This document shows, piece by piece, positions 28,301 through 44,876 of a stretch of 64,000 bases of DNA. Source of the DNA: the human T2T-CHM13v2.0 reference genome, Homo sapiens; assembly GCF_009914755.1 (NCBI RefSeq), contig NC_060925.1. The stretch is one strand, 5' to 3'. How positions within the stretch are numbered: the first letter of the stretch is position 1; each line of letters begins with the position of its first letter. The notes beneath the pieces are model-generated. The model ran no database searches. It was not told the origin of the DNA and was given only the letters and a program-made list of their open reading frames with translations. The translations under genes and the position numbers were made by a program.

Positions 28301-31300
28301 GGAATCATCGAATGGAGTGGAATGGAATCATTGAATGGACTCGAAAGGGATCATTATTGAATGGAATTGAATGGAATCATCGAATGGTCTCGATTGGAAT
28401 CATTATCAAATGGAATCGAATGGAATCACCGAATAGAATCGAATGGAACAATCATCGAATGGACTCAAATGGAATTAACCTCCAATGGAATCGAATGGAA
28501 TTATCGAATGCAATCGAATGGAATTATCGAATGCAATCGAATAGAATCATCGAATGGACTCGAATGGAATCATCGAATGGAATGGAATGGAACAGTCAAT
28601 GAACTCGAATGGAATCATCATTGAATGGAATCGAATGGAATCATCGAGTGGAATCGAATGGAATTATGATCAAATGGAATCGAATGTAATCATCATCAAA
28701 TGGAATCAAAAATAACCATCATCAATTGGTATTGAATGGAATTGTCATCAAATGGAATTCAAAGGAATCATCATCAAATGGAACCGAATGGAATCCTCAT
28801 TGAATGGAAATGAAAGGGGTCATCATCTAATGGAATCGCATGGAATCATCATCAAATGGAATCGAATGGAATCATCATCAAATGGAATCTAATGGAATCA
28901 TTGAACAGAATTGAATGGAATCGTCATCGAATGAATTGAATGCAATCATCGAATGGTCTCGAATGGAATCATCTTCTAATGGAAAGGAATGGAATCATCG
29001 CATAGAATCGAATGGAATTATCATCGAATGGAATCGAATGGTATCAACACCAAACGGAAAAAAACGGAATTATCGAATGGAATCGAAGAGAATCTTCGAA
29101 CGGACACGAATGGAATCATCTAATGGAATGGAATGGAATAATCCATGGACTCGAATGCAATCATCATCGAATGGAATGGAATGGAATCATCGAATGGACT
29201 CGAATGGAATAATCATTGAACGGAATCGAATGGAATCATCATCGGATGGAAACGAATGGAATCATCATCGAATGGAAATGAAAGGAGTCATCATCTAATG
29301 GAATTGCATGGAATCATCATAAAATGGAATCGAATGGAATCAACATCAAATGGAATCAAATGGAATCATTGAACGGAATTGAATGGAATCGTCATCGAAT
29401 GAATTGACTGCAATCATCGAATGGTCTCGAATGGAATCATCTTCAAATGGAATGGAATGGAATCATCGCATAGAATCGAATGGAATTATCATCGAATGGA
29501 ATCGAATGGAATCAACATCAAACGGAAAAAAACGGAATTATCGAATGGAATCGAAGAGAATCATCGAATGGACCCGAATGGAATCATCTAATGGAATGGA
29601 ATGGAATAATCCATGGACTCGAATGCAATCATCATCGAATGGAATCGAATGGAATCATCGAATGGACTCGAATGGAATAATCATTGAACGGAATCGAATG
29701 GAATCATCATCGGATGGAAATGAATGGAATCATCATCGAATGGAATCGAATAGAATTATGGAATGAAATCCAGTGTGATCATCATCGAATGGACCCGAAT
29801 GGAATCATCATCCAACGGAAGCTAATGGAATCAACATCGAATGAATCGAATGGAAACACCATCGAATTGAAACGAATGGAATTATCATGAAATTGAAATG
29901 GATGGACTCATCATCGAATGGATTCGAATGGAATCATCGAATAAAATTGATTGAAATCATCATCCAATGGAATCGAATGGTGTCATTGAATGGAATCCAA
30001 TGGAATCATCATCAGATGGAAATGAATGGAATCGTCATAGAATGGAATCGAATGGATTCATTGAAAGGAATCAGATGGAATCATCGAATGGACTGGAATG
30101 GAATCATTGAATGGACTCGAAAGGGATCATGATTGAATGGAATTGAATGGAATCATCGAATGGTCTCGATTGGAATCATTATCAAATGGAATCGAATGGA
30201 ATCACCGAATAGAATCGAATGGAACAATCATCGAATGGACTCAAATGGAATTATCCTCAAATGGAATCGAATGAAATTATCGAATGCAATCGAATGGAAT
30301 TATCGAATGCAATCGAATAGAATCATCAAAAGGACTCGAATGGAATCATCGAATGGAATGGAATGGAACAGTCAATGAACTCGAATGGAATCATCATTGA
30401 ATGGAATCGAATGGAATCATCGAGTGGAATCGAATGGAATTATGATCAAATGGAATCGAATGTAATCATCATCAAATGGAATCAAAAATAACCATCATCA
30501 ATTGGTATTGAATGGAATTGTCATCAAATGGAATTCAAAGGAATCATCATCAAATGGAACCGAATGGAATCCTCATTGAATGGAAATGAAAGAGGTCATC
30601 ATCTAATGGAATCGCATGGAATCATCATAAAATGGAATCGAATGGAATCATCATCAAATGGAATCTAATGGAATCATTGAACAGAATTGAATGGAATCGT
30701 CATCGAATGAATTGAATGCAATCATCGAATGGTCTCGAATGGAATCATCTTCTAATGGAAAGGAATGGAATCATCGCATAGAATCGAATGGAATTATCAT
30801 CGAATGGAATCGAATGGTATCAACACCAAACGGAAAAAAACGGAATTATCGAATGGAATCGAAGAGAATCTTCGAACGGACCCGAATGGAATCATCTAAT
30901 GGAATGGAATGGAATAATCCATGGACTCGAATGCAATCATCATCGAATGGAATCGAATGGAATCTTCGAATGGACTCGAATGGAATAATCATTGAACGGA
31001 ATCGAATGGAATCATCATCGGATGGAAACGAATGGAATCATCATCGAATGGAAATGAAAGGAGTCATCATCTAATGGAATTGCATGGAATCATCATAAAA
31101 TGGAATCGAATGGAATCAACATCAAATGGAATCAAATGGAATCATTGAACGGAATTGAATGGAATCGTCATCGAATGAATTGACTGCAATCATCCAATGG
31201 TCTCGAATGGAATCATCTTCAAATGGAATGGAATGGAATCATCGCATAGAATCGAATGGAATTATCATCGAATGGAATCGAATGGAATCAACATCAAACG

Positions 31301-34300
31301 GAAAAAAACGGAATTATCGAATGGAATCGAAGAGAATCATCGAATGGACCCGAATGGAATCATCTAATGGAATGGAATGGAATAATCCATGGACTCGAAT
31401 GCAATCATCATCGAATGGAATCGAATGGAATCATCGAATGGACTCGAATGGAATAATCATTGAACGGAATCGAAAGGAATCATCATCGGATGGAAATGAA
31501 TGGAATCATCATCGAATGGAATCGAATGGAATTATGGAATGAAATCCAGTGTGATCATCATCGAATGGACCCGAATGGAATCATCATCCAACGGAAGCTA
31601 ATGGAATCAACATCGAATGAATCGAATGGAAACACCATCGAATTGAAACGAATGGAATTATCATGAAATTGAAATGGATGGACTCATCATCGAATGGATT
31701 CGAATGGAATCATCGAATAAAATTGATTGAAATCATCATCCAATGGAATCGAATGGTATCATTGAATGGAATCGAATGGAATCATCATCAGATGGAAATG
31801 AATGGAATCGTCATAGAATGGAATCGAATGGATTCATTGAATGGAATCAGATGGAATCATCTAATGGACTGGAATGGAATCATTGAATGGACTCGAAAGG
31901 GATCATGATTGAATGGAATTGAATGGAATCATCGAATGGTCTCGATTGGAATCATTATCAAATGGAATCGAATGGAATCACCGAATAGAATCGAATGGAA
32001 CAATCATCGAATGGACTCAAATGGAATTATCCTCCAATGGAATCGAATGGAATTATCGAATGCAATCGAATGGAATTATCGAATGCAATCGAATAGAATC
32101 ATCGAAAGGACTCGAATGGAATCATCGAATGGAATGGAATGGAACAGTCAATGAACTCGAATGGAATCATCATTGAATGGAATCGAATGGAATCATCGAG
32201 TGGAATCGAATGGAATTATGATCAAATGGAATCGAATGTAATCATCATCAAATGGAATCAAAAATAACCATCATCAATTGGTATTGAATGGAATTGTCAT
32301 CAAATGGAATTCAAAGGAATCATCATCAAATGGAACCGAATGGAATCCTCATTGAATGGAAATGAAAGGGGTCATCATCTAATGGAATCGCATGGAATCA
32401 TCATCAAATGGAATCGAATGGAATCATCATCAAATGGAATCTAATGGAATCATTGAACAGAATTGAATGGAATCGTCATCGAATGAATTGAATGCAATCA
32501 TCGAATGGTCTCGAATGGAATCATCTTCTAATGGAAAGGAATGGAATCATCGCATAGAATCGAATGGAATTATCATCGAATGGAATCGAATGGTATCAAC
32601 ACCAAACGGAAAAAAACGGAATTATCGAATGGAATCGAAGAGAATCTTCGAACGGACCCGAATGGAATCATCTAATGGAATGGAATGGAATAATCCATGG
32701 ACTCGAATGCAATCATCATCGAATGGAATCGAATGGAATCATCGAATGGACTCGAATGGAATAATCATTGAACGGAATCGAATGGAATCATCATCGGATG
32801 GAAACGAATGGAATCATCATCGAATGGAAATGAAAGGAGTCATCATCTAATGGAATTGCATGGAATCATCATAAAATGGAATCGAATGGAATCAACATCA
32901 AATGGAATCAAATGGAATCATTGAACGGAATTGAATGGAATCGTCATCGAATGAATTGACTGCAATCATCGAATGTTCTCGAATGGAATCATCTTCAAAT
33001 GGAATGGAATGGAATCATCGCATAGAATCGAATGGAATTATCATCGAATGGAATCGAATGGAATCAACATCAAACGGAAAAAAACGGAATTATCGTATGG
33101 AATCGAAGAGAATCATCAAATGGACCCGAATGGAATCATCTAATGGAATGGAATGGAATAATCCATGGACTCGAATGCAATCATCATCGAATGAAATCGA
33201 ATGGAATCATCGAATGGACTCAAATGGAATAATCATTGAACGGAATCGAATGGAATCATCATCGGATGGAAATGAATGGAATCATCATCGAATGGAATCG
33301 AATAGAATTATGGAATGAAATCCAGTGTGATCATCATCGAATGGACCCGAATGGAATCATCATCCAACGGAAGCTAATGGAATCAACATCGAATGAATCG
33401 AATGGAAACACCATCGAATTGAAACGAATGGAATTATCATGAAATTGAAATGGATGGACTCATCATCGAATGGATTCGAATGGAATCATCGAATAAAATT
33501 GATTGAAATCATCATCGAATGGAATCGAATGGTATCATTGAATGGAATCGAATGGAATCATCATCAGATGGAAATGAATGGAATCGTCATAGAATGGAAT
33601 CGAATGGATTCATTGAATGGAATCAGATGGAATCATCGAATGGACTGGAATGGAATCATTGAATGGACTCGAAAGGGATCATTATTGAATGGAATTGAAT
33701 GGAATCATCGAATGGTCTCGATTGGAATCATTACCAAATGGAATCGAATGGAATCACCGAATAGAATCGAATGGAACAATCATCGAATGGACTCAAATGG
33801 AATTATCCTCCAATGGAATCGAATGGAATTATCGAATGCAATCGAATGGAATTATCGAATGCAATCGAATAGAATCATCGAATGGACTCGAATGGAATCA
33901 TCGAATGGAATGGAATGGAACAGTCAATGAACTCGAATGGAATCATCATTGAATGGAATCGAATGGAATCATCGAGTGGAATCGAATGGAATTATGATCA
34001 AATGGAATCGAATGTAATCATCATCAAATGGAATCAAAAATAACCATCATCAATTGGTATTGAATGGAATTGTCATCAAATGGAATTCAAAGGAATCATC
34101 ATCAAATGGAACCGAATGGAATCCTCATTGAATGGAAATGAAAGGGGTCATCATCTAATGGAATCGCATGGAATCATCATCAAATGGAATCGAATGGAAT
34201 CATCATCAAATGGAATCTAATGGAATCATTGAACAGAATTGAATGGAATCGTCATCGAATGAATTGAATGCAATCATCGAATGGTCTCGAATGGAATCAT

Positions 34301-37300
34301 CTTCTAATGGAAAGGAATGGAATCATCGCATAGAATCGAATGGAATTGTCATCGAATGGAATCGAATGGTATCAACACCAAACGGAAAAAAACGGAATTA
34401 TCGAATGGAATCGAAGAGAATCTTCGAACGGACCCGAATGGAATCATCTAATGGAATGGAATGGAATAATCCATGGACTCGAATGCAATCATCATCGAAT
34501 GGAATCGAATGGAATCATCGAATGGACTCGAATGGAATAATCATTGAACGGAATCGAATGGAATCATCATCGGATGGAAACGAATGGAATCATCATCGAA
34601 TGGAAATGAAAGGAGTCATCATCTAATGGAATTGCATGGAATCATCATAAAATGGAATCGAATGGAATCAACATCAAATGGAATCAAATGGAATCATTGA
34701 ACGGAATTGAATGGAATCGTCATCGAATGAATTGACTGCAATCATCCAATGGTCTCGAATGGAATCATCTTCAAATGGAATGGAATGGAATCATCGCATA
34801 GAATCGAATGGAATTATCATCGAATGGAATCGAATGGAATCAACATCAAACGGAAAAAAACGGAATTATCGAATGGAATCGAAGAGAATCATCGAATGGA
34901 CCCGAATGGAATCATCTAATGGAATGGAATGGAATAATCCATGGACTCGAATGCAATCATCATCGAATGAAATCGAATGGAATCATCGAATGGACTCGAA
35001 TGGAATAATCATTGAACGGAATCGAATGGAATCATCATCGGATGGAAATGAATGGAATCATCATCGAATGGAATCGAATAGAATTATGGAATGAAATCCA
35101 GTGTGATCATCATCGAATGGACCCGAATGGAATCATCATCCAACGGAAGCTAATGGAACCAACATCGAATGAATCGAATGGAAACACCATCGAATTGAAA
35201 CGAATGGAATTATCATGAAATTGAAATGGATGGACTCATCATCGAATGGATTCGAATGGAATCATCGAATAAAATTGATTGAAATCATCATCGAATGGAA
35301 TCGAATGGTATCATTGAATGGAATCGAATGGAATCATCATCAGATGGAAATGAATGGAATCGTCATAGAATGGAATCGAATGGATTCATTGAATGGAATC
35401 AGATGGAATCATCGAATGGACTGGAATGGAATCATTGAATGGACTCGAAAGGGATCATGATTGAATGGAATTGAATGGAATCATCGAATGGTCTCGATTG
35501 GAATCATTACCAAATGGAATCGAATGGAATCACCGAATAGAATCGAATGGAACAATCATCGAATGGACTCAAATGGAATTATCCTCCAATGGAATCGAAT
35601 GGAATTATCGAATGCAATCGAATGGAATTATCGAATGCAATCGAATAGAATCATCGAATGGACTCGAATGGAATCATCGAATGGAATGGAATGGAACAGT
35701 CAATGAACTCGAATGGAATCATCATTGAATGGAATCGAATGGAATCATCGAGTGGAATCGAATGGAATTATGATCAAATGGAATCGAATGTAATCATCAT
35801 CAAATGGAATCAAAAATAACCATCATCAATTGGTATTGAATGGAATTGTCATCAAATGGAATTCAAAGGAATCATCATCAAATGGAACCGAATGGAATCC
35901 TCATTGAATGGAAATGAAAGGGGTCATCATCTAATGGAATCGCATGGAATCATCATCAAATGGAATCGAATGGAATCATCATCAAATGGAATCTAATGGA
36001 ATCATTGAACAGAATTGAATGGAATCGTCATCGAATGAATTGAATGCAATCATCGAATGGTCTCGAATGGAATCATCTTCTAATGGAAAGGAATGGAATC
36101 ATCGCATAGAATCGAATGGAATTATCATCGAATGGAATCGAATGGTATCAACACCAAACGGAAAAAAACGGAATTATCGAATGGAATCGAAGAGAATCTT
36201 CGAACGGACCCGAATGGAATCATCTAATGGAATGGAATGGAATAATCCATGGACTCGAATGCAATCATCATCGAATGGAATGTAATGGAGTCATCGAATG
36301 GACTCGAATGGAATAATCATTGAACGGAATCGAATGGAATCATCATCGGATGGAAACGAATGGAATCATCATCGAATGGAAATGAAAGGAGTCATCATCT
36401 AATGGAATTGCATGGAATCATCATAAAATGGAATCGAATGGAATCAACATCAAATGGAATCAAATGGAATCATTGAATGGAATTGAATGGAATCGTCATC
36501 GAATGAATTGACTGCAATCATCGAATGGTCTCGAATGGAATCATCTTCAAATGGAATGGAATGGAATCATCGCATAGAATCGAATGGAATTATCATCGAA
36601 TGGAATCGAATGGAATCAACATCAAACGGAAAAAAACAGAATTATCGTATGGAATCTAAGAGAATCATCGAATGGACCCGAATGGAATCATCTAATGGAA
36701 TGGAATGGAATAATCCATGGACTCGAATGCAATCATCATCGAATGGAATCGAATGGAATCATCGAATGGACTCGAATGGAATAATCATTGAACGGAATCG
36801 AATGGAATCATCATCGGATGGAAATGAATGGAATCATCATCGAATGGAATCGAATAGAATTATGGAATGAAATCCAGTGTGATCATCATCGAATGGACCC
36901 GAATGGAATCATCATCCAACGGAAGCTAATGGAATCAACATCGAATGAATCGAATGGAAACACCATCGAATTGAAACGAATGGAATTATCATGAAATTGA
37001 AATGGATGGACTCATCATCGAATGGATTCGAATGGAATCATCGAATAAAATTAATTGAAATCATCATCCAATGGAATCGAATGGTATCATTGAATGGAAT
37101 CGAATGGAATCATCATCAGATGGAAATGAATGGAATCGTCATAGAATGGAATCGAATGGATTCATTGAATGGAATCAGATGGAATCATCGAATGGACTGG
37201 AATGGAATCATTGAATGGACTCGAAAGGGATCATGATTGAATGGAATTGAATGGAATCATCGAATGGTCTCGATTGGAATCATTATCAAATGGAATCGAA

Positions 37301-40300
37301 TGGAATCACCGAATAGAATCGAATGGAACAATCATCGAATGGACTCAAATGGAATTATCCTCCAATGGAATCGAATGGAATTATCGAATGCAATCGAATG
37401 GAATTATCGAATGCAATCGAATAGAATCATCGAATGGACTCGAATGGAATCATCGAATGGAATGGAATGGAACAGTCAATGAACTCGAATGGAATCATCA
37501 TTGAATGGAATCGAATGGAATCATCGAGTGGAATCGAATGGAATTATGATCAAATGGAATCGAATGTAATCATCATCAAATGGAATCAAAAATAACCATC
37601 ATCAATTGGTATTGAATGGAATTGTCATCAAATGGAATTCAAAGGAATCATCATCAAATGGAACCGAATGGAATCCTCATTGAATGGAAATGAAAGGGGT
37701 CATCATCTAATGGAATCACATGGAATCATCATCAAATGGAATCGAATGGAATCATCATCAAATGGAATCTAATGGAATCATTGAACAGAATTGAATGGAA
37801 TCGTCATCGAATGAATTGAATGCAATCATCGAATGGTCTCGAATGGAATCATCTTCTAATGGAAAGGAATGGAATCATCGCATAGAATCGAATGGAATTA
37901 TCATCGAATGGAATCGAATGGTATCAACACCAAACGGAAAAAAACGGAATTATCGAATGGAATCGAAGAGAATCTTCGAACGGACCCGAATGGAATCATC
38001 TAATGGAATGGAATGGAATAATCCATGGACTCGAATGCAATCATCATCGAATGGAATGGAATGGAATCATCGAATGGACTCGAATGGAATAATCATTGAA
38101 CGGAATCGAATGGAATCATCATCGGATGGAAACGAATGGAATCATCATCGAATGGAAATGAAAGGAGTCATCATCTAATGGAATTGCATGGAATCATCAT
38201 AAAATGGAATCGAATGGAATCAACATCAAATGGAATCAAATGGAATCATTGAACGGAATTGAATGGAATCGTCATCGAATGAATTGACTGCAATCATCGA
38301 ATGGTCTCGAATGGAATCATCTTCAAATGGAATGGAATGGAATCATCGCATAGAATCGAATGGAATTATCATCGAATGGAATCGAATGGAATCAACATCA
38401 AACGGAAAAAAACGGAATTATCGAATGGAATCGAAGAGAATCATCGAATGGACCCGAATGGAATCATCTAATGGAATGGAATGGAATAATCCATGGACTC
38501 GAATGCAATCATCATCGAATGGAATCGAATGGAATCATTGAATGGACTCGAATGGAATAATCATTGAACGGAATCGAATGGAATCATCATCGGATGGAAA
38601 TGAATGGAATCATCATCGAATGGAATCGAATAGAATTATGGAATGAAATCCAGTGTGATCATCATCGAATGGACCCGAATGGAATCATCATCCAACGGAA
38701 GCTAATGGAATCAACATCGAATGAATCGAATGGAAACACCATCGAATTGAAACGAATGGAATTATCATGAAATTGAAATGGATGGACTCATCATCGAATG
38801 GATTCGAATGGAATCATCGAATAAAATTAATTGAAATCATCATCCAATGGAATCGAATGGTATCATTGAATGGAATCGAATGGAATCATCATCAGATGGA
38901 AATGAATGGAATCGTCATAGAATGGAATCGAATGGATTCATTGAATGGAATCAGATGGAATCATCGAATGGACTGGAATGGAATCATTGAATGGACTCGA
39001 AAGGGATCATTATTGAATGGAATTGAATGGAATCATCGAATGGTCTCGATTGGAATCATTATCAAATGGAATCGAATGGAATCACCGAATAGAATCGAAT
39101 GGAACAATCATCGAATGGACTCAAATGGAATTATCCTCCAATGGAATCGAATGGAATTATCGAATGCAATCGAATGGAATTATCGAATGCAATCGAATAG
39201 AATCATCGAATGGACTCGAATGGAATCATCGAATGGAATGGAATGGAACAGTCAATGAACTCGAATGGAATCATCATTGAATGGAATCGAATGGAATCAT
39301 CGAGTGGAATCGAATGGAATTATGATCAAATGGAATCGAATGTAATCATCATCAAATGGAATCAAAAATAACCATCATCAATTGGTATTGAATGGAATTG
39401 TCATCAAATGGAATTCAAAGGAATCATCATCAAATGGAACCGAATGGAATCCTCATTGAATGGAAATGAAAGGGGTCATCATCTAATGGAATCGCATGGA
39501 ATCATCATCAAATGGAATCGAATGGAATCATCATCAAATGGAATCTAATGGAATCATTGAACAGAAATGAATGGAATCGTCATCGAATGAATTGAATGCA
39601 ATCATCGAATGGTCTCGAATGGAATCATCTTCTAATGGAAAGAATGGAATCATCGCATAGAATCGAATGGAATTATCATCGAATGGAATCGAATGGTATC
39701 AACACCAAACGGAAAAAAACGGAATTATCGAATGGAATCGAAGAGAATCTTCGAACGGACCCGAATGGAATCATCTAATGGAATGGAATGGAATAATCCA
39801 TGGACTCGAATGCAATCATCATCGAATGGAATGGAATGGAATCATCGAATGGACTCGAATGGAATAATCATTGAACGGAATCGAATGGAATCATCATCGG
39901 ATGGAAACGAATGGAATCATCATCGAATGGAAATGAAAGGAGTCATCATCTAATGGAATTGCATGGAATCATCATAAAATGGAATCGAATGGAATCAACA
40001 TCAAATGGAATCAAATGGAATAATTGAACGGAATTGAATGGAATCGTCATCGAATGAATTGACTGCAATCATCGAATGGTCTCGAATGGAATCATCTTCA
40101 AATGGAATGGAATGGAATCATCGCATAGAATCGAATGGAATTATCATCGAATGGAATCGAATGGAATCAACATCAAACGGAAAAAAACGGAATTATCGAA
40201 TGGAATCGAAGAGAATCATCGAATGGACCCCAATGGAATCATCTAATGGAATGGAATGGAATAATCCATGGACTCGAATGCAATCATCATCGAATGGAAT

Positions 40301-43300
40301 CGAATGGAATCATCGAATGGACTCGAATGGAATAATCATTGAACGGAATCGAATGGAATCATCATCGGATGGAAATGAATGGAATCATCATCGAATGGAA
40401 TCGAATATAATTATGGAATGAAATCCAGTGTGATCATCATCGAATGGACCCGAATGGAATCATCATCCAACGGAAGCTAATGGAATCAACATCGAATGAA
40501 TCGAATGGAAACACCATCGAATTGAAACGAATGGAATTATCATGAAATTGAAATGGATGGACTCATCATCGAATGGATTCGAATGGAATCATCGAATAAA
40601 ATTGATTGAAATCATCATCCAATGGAATCGAATGGTATCATTGAATGGAATCGAATGGAATCATCATCAGATGGAAATGAATGGAATCGTCATAAAATGG
40701 AATCGAATGGATTCATTGAATGGAATCAGATGGAATCATCGAATGGACTGGAATGGAATCATTGAATGGACTCGAAAGGGATCATGATTGAATGGAATTG
40801 AATGGAATCATCGAATGGTCTCGATTGGAATCATTATCAAATGGAATCGAATGGAATCACCGAATAGAATCGAATGGAACAATCATCGAATGGACTCAAA
40901 TGGAATTATCCTCCAATGGAATCGAATGGAATTATCGAATGCAATCGAATGGAATTATCGAATGCAATCGAATAGAATCATCGAATGGACTCGAATGGAA
41001 TCATCGAATGGAATGGAATGGAACAGTCAATGAACTCGAATGGAATCATCATTGAATGGAATCGAATGGAATCATCGAGTGGAATCGAATGGAATTATGA
41101 TCAAATGGAATCGAATGTAATCCTCATCAAATGGAATCAAAAATAACCATCATCAATTGGTATTGAATGGAATTGTCATCAAATGGAATTCAAAGGAATC
41201 ATCATCAAATGGAACCGAATGGAATCCTCATTGAATGGAAATGAAAGGGGTCATCATCTAACGGAATCGCATGGAATCATCATCAAATGGAATCTAATGG
41301 AATCATTGAACAGAATTGAATGGAATCGTCATCGAATGAATTGAATGCAATCATCGAATGGTCTCGAATGGAATCATCTTCTAATGGAAAGGAATGGAAT
41401 CATCGCATAGAATCGAATGGAATTATCATCGAATGGAATCGAATGGTATCAACACCAAACGGAAAAAAACGGAATTATCGAATGGAATCGAAGAGAATCT
41501 TCGAACGGACCCGAATGGAATCATCTAATGGAATGGAATGGAATAATCCATGGACTCGAATGCAATCATCATCGAATGGAATGGAATGGAATCATCGAAT
41601 GGACTCGAATGGAATAATCATTGAACGGAATCGAATGGAATCATCATCGGATGGAAACGAATGGAATCATCATCGAATGGAAATGAAAGGAGTCATCATC
41701 TAATGGAATTGCATGGAATCATCATAAAATGGAATCGAATGGAATCAACATCAAATGGAATCAAATGGAATCATTGAACGGAATTGAATGGAATCGTCAT
41801 CGAATGAATTGACTGCAATCATCGAATGGTCTCGAATGGAATCATCTTCAAATGGAATGGAATGGAATCATCGCATAGAATCGAATGGAATTATCATCGA
41901 ATGGAATCGAATGGAATCAACATCAAACGGAAAAAAACGGAATTATCGAATGGAATCGAAGAGAATCATCGAATGGACCCGAATGGAATCATCTAATGGA
42001 ATGGAATGGAATAATCCATGGACTCGAATGCAATCATCATCGAATGGAATCGAATGGAATCATCGAATGGACTCGAATGGAATAATCATTGAACGGAATC
42101 GAATGGAATCATCATCGGATGGAAATGAATGGAATCATCATCGAATGGAATCGAATAGAATTATGGAATGAAATCCAGTGTGATCATCATCGAATGGACC
42201 CGAATGGAATCATCATCCAACGGAAGCTAATGGAATCAACATCGAATGAATCGAATGGAAACACCATCGAATTGAAACGAATGGAATTATCATGAAATTG
42301 AAATGGATGGACTCATCATCGAATGGATTCGAATGGAATCATCGAATAAAATTGATTGAAATCATCATCGAATGGAATCGAATGGTATCATTGAATGGAA
42401 TCGAATGGAATCATCATCAGATGGAAATGAATGGAATCGTCATAGAATGGAATCGAATGGATTCATTGAATGGAATCAGATGGAATCATCGAATGGACTG
42501 GAATGGAATCATTGAATGGACTCGAAAGGGATCATGATTGAATGGAATTGAATGGAATCATCGAATGGTCTCGATTGGAATCATTATCAAATGGAATCGA
42601 ATGGAATCACCGAATAGAATCGAATGGAACAATCATCGAATGGACTCAAATGGAATTATCCTCAAATGGAATCGAATGGAATTATCGAATGCAATCGAAT
42701 GGAATTATCGAATGCAATGGAATAGAATCATCGAAAGGACTCGAATGGAATCATCGAATGGAATGGAATGGAACAGTCAATGAACACGAATGGAATCATC
42801 ATTGAATGGAATCGAATGGAATCATCGAGTGGAATCGAATGGAATTATGATCAAATGGAATCGAATGTAATCATCATCAAATGGAATCAAAAATAACCAT
42901 CATCAATTGGTATTGAATGGAATTGTCATCAAATGGAATTCAAAGGAATCATCATCAAATGGAACCGAATGGAATCCTCATTGAATGGAAATGAAAGGGG
43001 TCATCATCTAATGGAATCGCATGGAATCATCATCAAATGGAATCGAATGGAATCATCATCAAATGGAATCTAATGGAATCATTGAACAGAATTGAATGGA
43101 ATCGTCATCGAATGAATTGAATGCAATCATCGAATGGTCTCGAATGGAATCATCTTCTAATGGAAAGGAATGGAATCATCGCATAGAATCGAATGGAATT
43201 ATCATCGAATGGAATCGAATGGTATCAACACCAAACGGAAAAAAACGGAATTATCGAATGGAATCGAAGAGAATCTTCGAACGGACCCGAATGGAATCAT

Positions 43301-44876
43301 CTAATGGAATGGAATGGAATAATCCATGGACTCGAATGCAATCATCATCGAATGGAATGGAATGAAATGGAATCATCGAATGGACTCGAATGGAATAATC
43401 ATTGAACGGAATCGAATGGAATCATCATCAGATGGAAACGAATGGAATCATCATCGAATGGAAATGAAAGGAGTCATCATCTAATGGAATTGCATGGAAT
43501 CATCATCAAATGGAATCGAATGGAATCAACATCAAATGGAATCAAATGGAATCATTGAACGGAATTGAATGGAATCGTCATCGAATGAATTGACTGCAAT
43601 CATCGAATGGTCTCGAATGGAATCATCTTCAAATGGAATGGAATGGAATCATCGCATAGAATCGAATGGAATTATCATCGAATGGAATCGAATGGAATCA
43701 ACATCAAACGGAAAAAAACGGAATTATCGAATGGAATCGAAGAGAATCATCGAATGGACCCGAATGGAATCATCTAATGGAATGGAATGGAATAATCCAT
43801 GGACTCGAATGCAATCATCATCGAATGGAATCGAATGGAATCATCGAATGGACTCGAATGGAATAATCATTGAACGGAATCGAATGGAATCATCATCGGA
43901 TGGAAATGAATGGAATCATCATCGAATGGAATCGAATAGAATTATGGAATGAAATCCAGTGTGATCATCATCGAATGGACCCGAATGGAATCATCATCCA
44001 ACGGAAGCTAATGGAATCAACATCGAATGAATCGAATGGAAACACCATCGAATTGAAACGAATGGAATTATCATGAAATTGAAATGGATGGACTCATCAT
44101 CGAATGGATTCGAATGGAATCATCGAATAAAATTGATTGAAATCATCATCCAATGGAATCGAATGGTATCATTGAATGGAATCGAATGGAATCATCATCA
44201 GATGGAAATGAATGGAATCGTCATAGAATGGAATCGAATGGATTCATTGAATGGAATCAGATGGAATCATCGAATGGACTGGAATGGAATCATTGAATGG
44301 ACTCGAAAGGGATCATGATTGAATGGAATTGAATGGAATCATCGAATGGTCTCGATTGGAATCATTATCAAATGGAATCGAATGGAATCACCGAATAGAA
44401 TCGAATGGAACAATCATCGAATGGACTCAAATGGAATTATCCTCAAATGGAATCGAATGGAATTATCGAATGCAATCGAATGGAATTATCGAATGCAATC
44501 GAATAGAATCATCGAAAGGACTCGAATGGAATCATCGAATGGAATGGAATGGAACAGTCAATGAACTCGAATGGAATCATCATTGAATGGAATCCAATGG
44601 AATCATCGAGTGGAATCGAATGGAATTATGATCAAATGGAATCTAATGTAATCATCATCAAATGGAATCAAAAATAACCATCATCAATTGGTATTGAATG
44701 GAATTGTCATCAAATGGAATTCAAAGGAATCATCATCAAATGGAACCGAATGGAATCCTCATTGAATGGAAATGAAAGGGGTCATCATCTAATGGAATCG
44801 CATGGAATCATCATCAAATGGAATCGAATGGAATCATCATCAAATGGAATCTAATGGAATCATTGAACAGAATTGA

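Noticed and set aside
39635-39645. 1-bp deletion (GGAAAGAATGG), and a 2-bp deletion near 59742
   Set aside because: Isolated micro-indels that could be real or consensus errors; used only for length bookkeeping.
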